The position numbers and the translations under genes are program-made. Below, piece after piece: positions 18,236 to 19,070 of a stretch of 19,070 bases of DNA. The first letter of the stretch is position 1; each line of letters begins with the position of its first letter. Origin of the DNA: Syntrophobacter sp. SbD2 (GTDB taxonomy: Bacteria > Desulfobacterota > Binatia > UBA9968); NCBI GenBank assembly GCA_945889495.1, contig CAMDBU010000122.1, positions 1 to 19,070 on the forward strand, written 5' to 3'. The notes under the pieces are model-generated. The model was given only the letters and a program-made list of their open reading frames with translations, did no database searches and was not told the origin of the DNA.

Positions 18236-18351
18236 TGGCGGGCGAGGCTACCGAACAGAGGTTCAAACAGCTCAAGACGTTCTGTGATTAGGTATTTAAC
18301 GCGACATGATATGGTTGGCCAAGTTTCCCCTCTATCGCAATGGCGTTTTTC

Positions 18352-18382
18352 TTGAATGCGGCATTTGCCGATATTAATATCG
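18352..18382 (+). promoter_or_regulatory. Candidate promoter (TTGAAT-17-TAATAT) overlapped by a 14-bp perfect palindrome
   Basis: TTGAAT at 18352-18357, a 17-nt spacer, TAATAT at 18375-18380. CGATATTAATATCG (18369-18382) is a perfect palindrome spanning the -10. It lies about 80 nt upstream of the ATPase ORF. Confidence 0.35.
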
Positions 18383-18459
18383 ACAAAGACTGGTCTGTAA
18401 ATTAGTTGTTAGCTTTGTGATCGTTTTTCGATTGGTCCGCGAACATAAAAGAGGCTGCT

Positions 18460-18930
18460 TTGACGCTACTGCAAGAGATTCTGAATTGGTCGCAGAGTCT
18501 TCCGACATGGCAAAGCGATGCGGTGGCGCGCTTGCTTGCTAAGCAAACTCTGACAATAGAAGACCAGGATGATTTATTCGCGCTGCTCAAGGTTGCGCAC
18601 GGCATTCCCGACCCCAAGGGCCGCAAGCCCAAGCCGCTCACTGCTGATCAGATCCCTGCACCAGAAAAGGTAACGACTCACGTCGCGCTGCTTGCCATGA
18701 AGAATATGCGGCACGTCAACGCGATTGCAGAGAATCGGCGCCTTCCGTTCAGCGCAACCGGAATGACCGTCATCTATGGCGACAATGGTTCTGGAAAATC
18801 CGGTTACTCGCGAGTGCTTAAACGCGCCTGCCGTGCCCGTGACCAGATGGAAGCAATCCATCCAAACGCCAATCTTCCTGTGGGCACAGCTGGGAGCGCC
18901 GAGGCCACCTTCGAGATTGCTGTGTTGTAG
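18460..18930 (+). pseudogene. N-terminal stump (156 aa) of a large ABC/AAA_13-type P-loop ATPase, apparently truncated by an IS insertion
   Basis: TTG start with an AAGAGG Shine-Dalgarno 5 nt upstream. A roughly 100-aa helical N-region (..LPTWQSDAVARLLAK..) is followed by Walker A VIYGDNGSGKSGYSRVLKRACRAR. The ORF stops about 40 aa later, with no Q-loop, ABC signature or Walker B. IS-end-like repeats follow immediately. Confidence 0.6.
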
Positions 18931-19070
18931 CAAAGTGAATCTGTCAGGGTCTAACGGCAACGTGAATATGTCAGGGTGGAAGGATGACAACCCTGACGAT
19001 GAGAGACGAGAAACGACTAGACATCATACAACGATCGTTACGTAATGAGCTGACGATGGTGGAAGCCGCA
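18931..19070 (+). mobile_element. Left end of an insertion sequence (boundary approximate), continuing beyond the window
   Basis: Two direct 16-nt repeats, GTGAATCTGTCAGGGT (18935-18950) and GTGAATATGTCAGGGT (18962-18977). An inverted GTCAGGGT copy at 18990-18997. A transposase-like ORF starts at 18984. The exact terminus cannot be set without the other end. Confidence 0.55.
18984..19070 (+). CDS. Transposase N-terminus (HTH region, ISNCY/IS1202-like by recollection), partial
   Basis: ATG at 18984 preceded by GGTGGAAGG. The frame is open to the window end: MTTLTMRDEKRLDIIQRSLRNELTMVEAA. This matches the ..E..RL.VIQ..L.G.LT..EAA.. opening typical of these rve-domain transposases. It is absent from the supplied ORF track because it is under 60 aa and runs off the edge. 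Confidence 0.5.
   Translation, partial: MTTLTMRDEKRLDIIQRSLRNELTMVEAA

Noticed and set aside
18402-18641. 79-aa minus-strand ORF overlapping the start of the ATPase fragment, and the 18574-18990 minus and 18776-19045 plus ORFs.
   Set aside because: They are antisense or off-frame to a motif-bearing ORF (Walker A) and cross the IS boundary. They have no recognisable domains or ribosome-binding sites.

Overview
This is a 19.07-kb, chromosomal-looking segment from a high-GC bacterium (high 50s to about 60% G+C from a few hand-counted lines). The taxon cannot be fixed from sequence alone. The intergenic repeat content suggests an uncultivated soil or sediment lineage. Left third, housekeeping genes: a guaB-guaA operon (minus strand, ATGA overlap), a small FmdB-type zinc-ribbon gene, comM/yifB, an orphan B12-binding radical SAM gene, glutathione reductase and an MFS transporter. 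Middle: a ParB/Srx-fold protein with a lysine/arginine-rich tail, apparently co-transcribed with a small secreted DUF4431-like protein. From 11.8 to 18.2 kb: an aromatic-acid-catabolism-like cluster. It holds a Rieske oxygenase alpha subunit, a 4,5-dihydroxyphthalate-decarboxylase-like protein, two signal-peptide NMT1-type binding proteins, a HIBADH-type dehydrogenase and a cysteine-free Asp/Glu-racemase-fold protein. No reductase, permease or ABC ATPase is present in the window. Right edge: an AT-rich spacer, then a Walker-A-only stump of a large ABC/AAA_13-type ATPase that ends at what looks like an insertion-sequence end. A transposase N-terminus runs off the window there. Almost every intergenic spacer between 8.5 and 17.2 kb carries palindromic REP/MITE-like elements of three recurring sequence families. 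I found no rRNA, tRNA or CRISPR array. I do not see a complete, clearly novel multi-gene system. The best candidates for follow-up are the IS-disrupted ATPase locus at the right edge, the ParB-like/DUF4431 pair, the atypical catabolic cluster with its cysteine-less racemase-fold protein, and a terminator-like structure in the guaBA leader.
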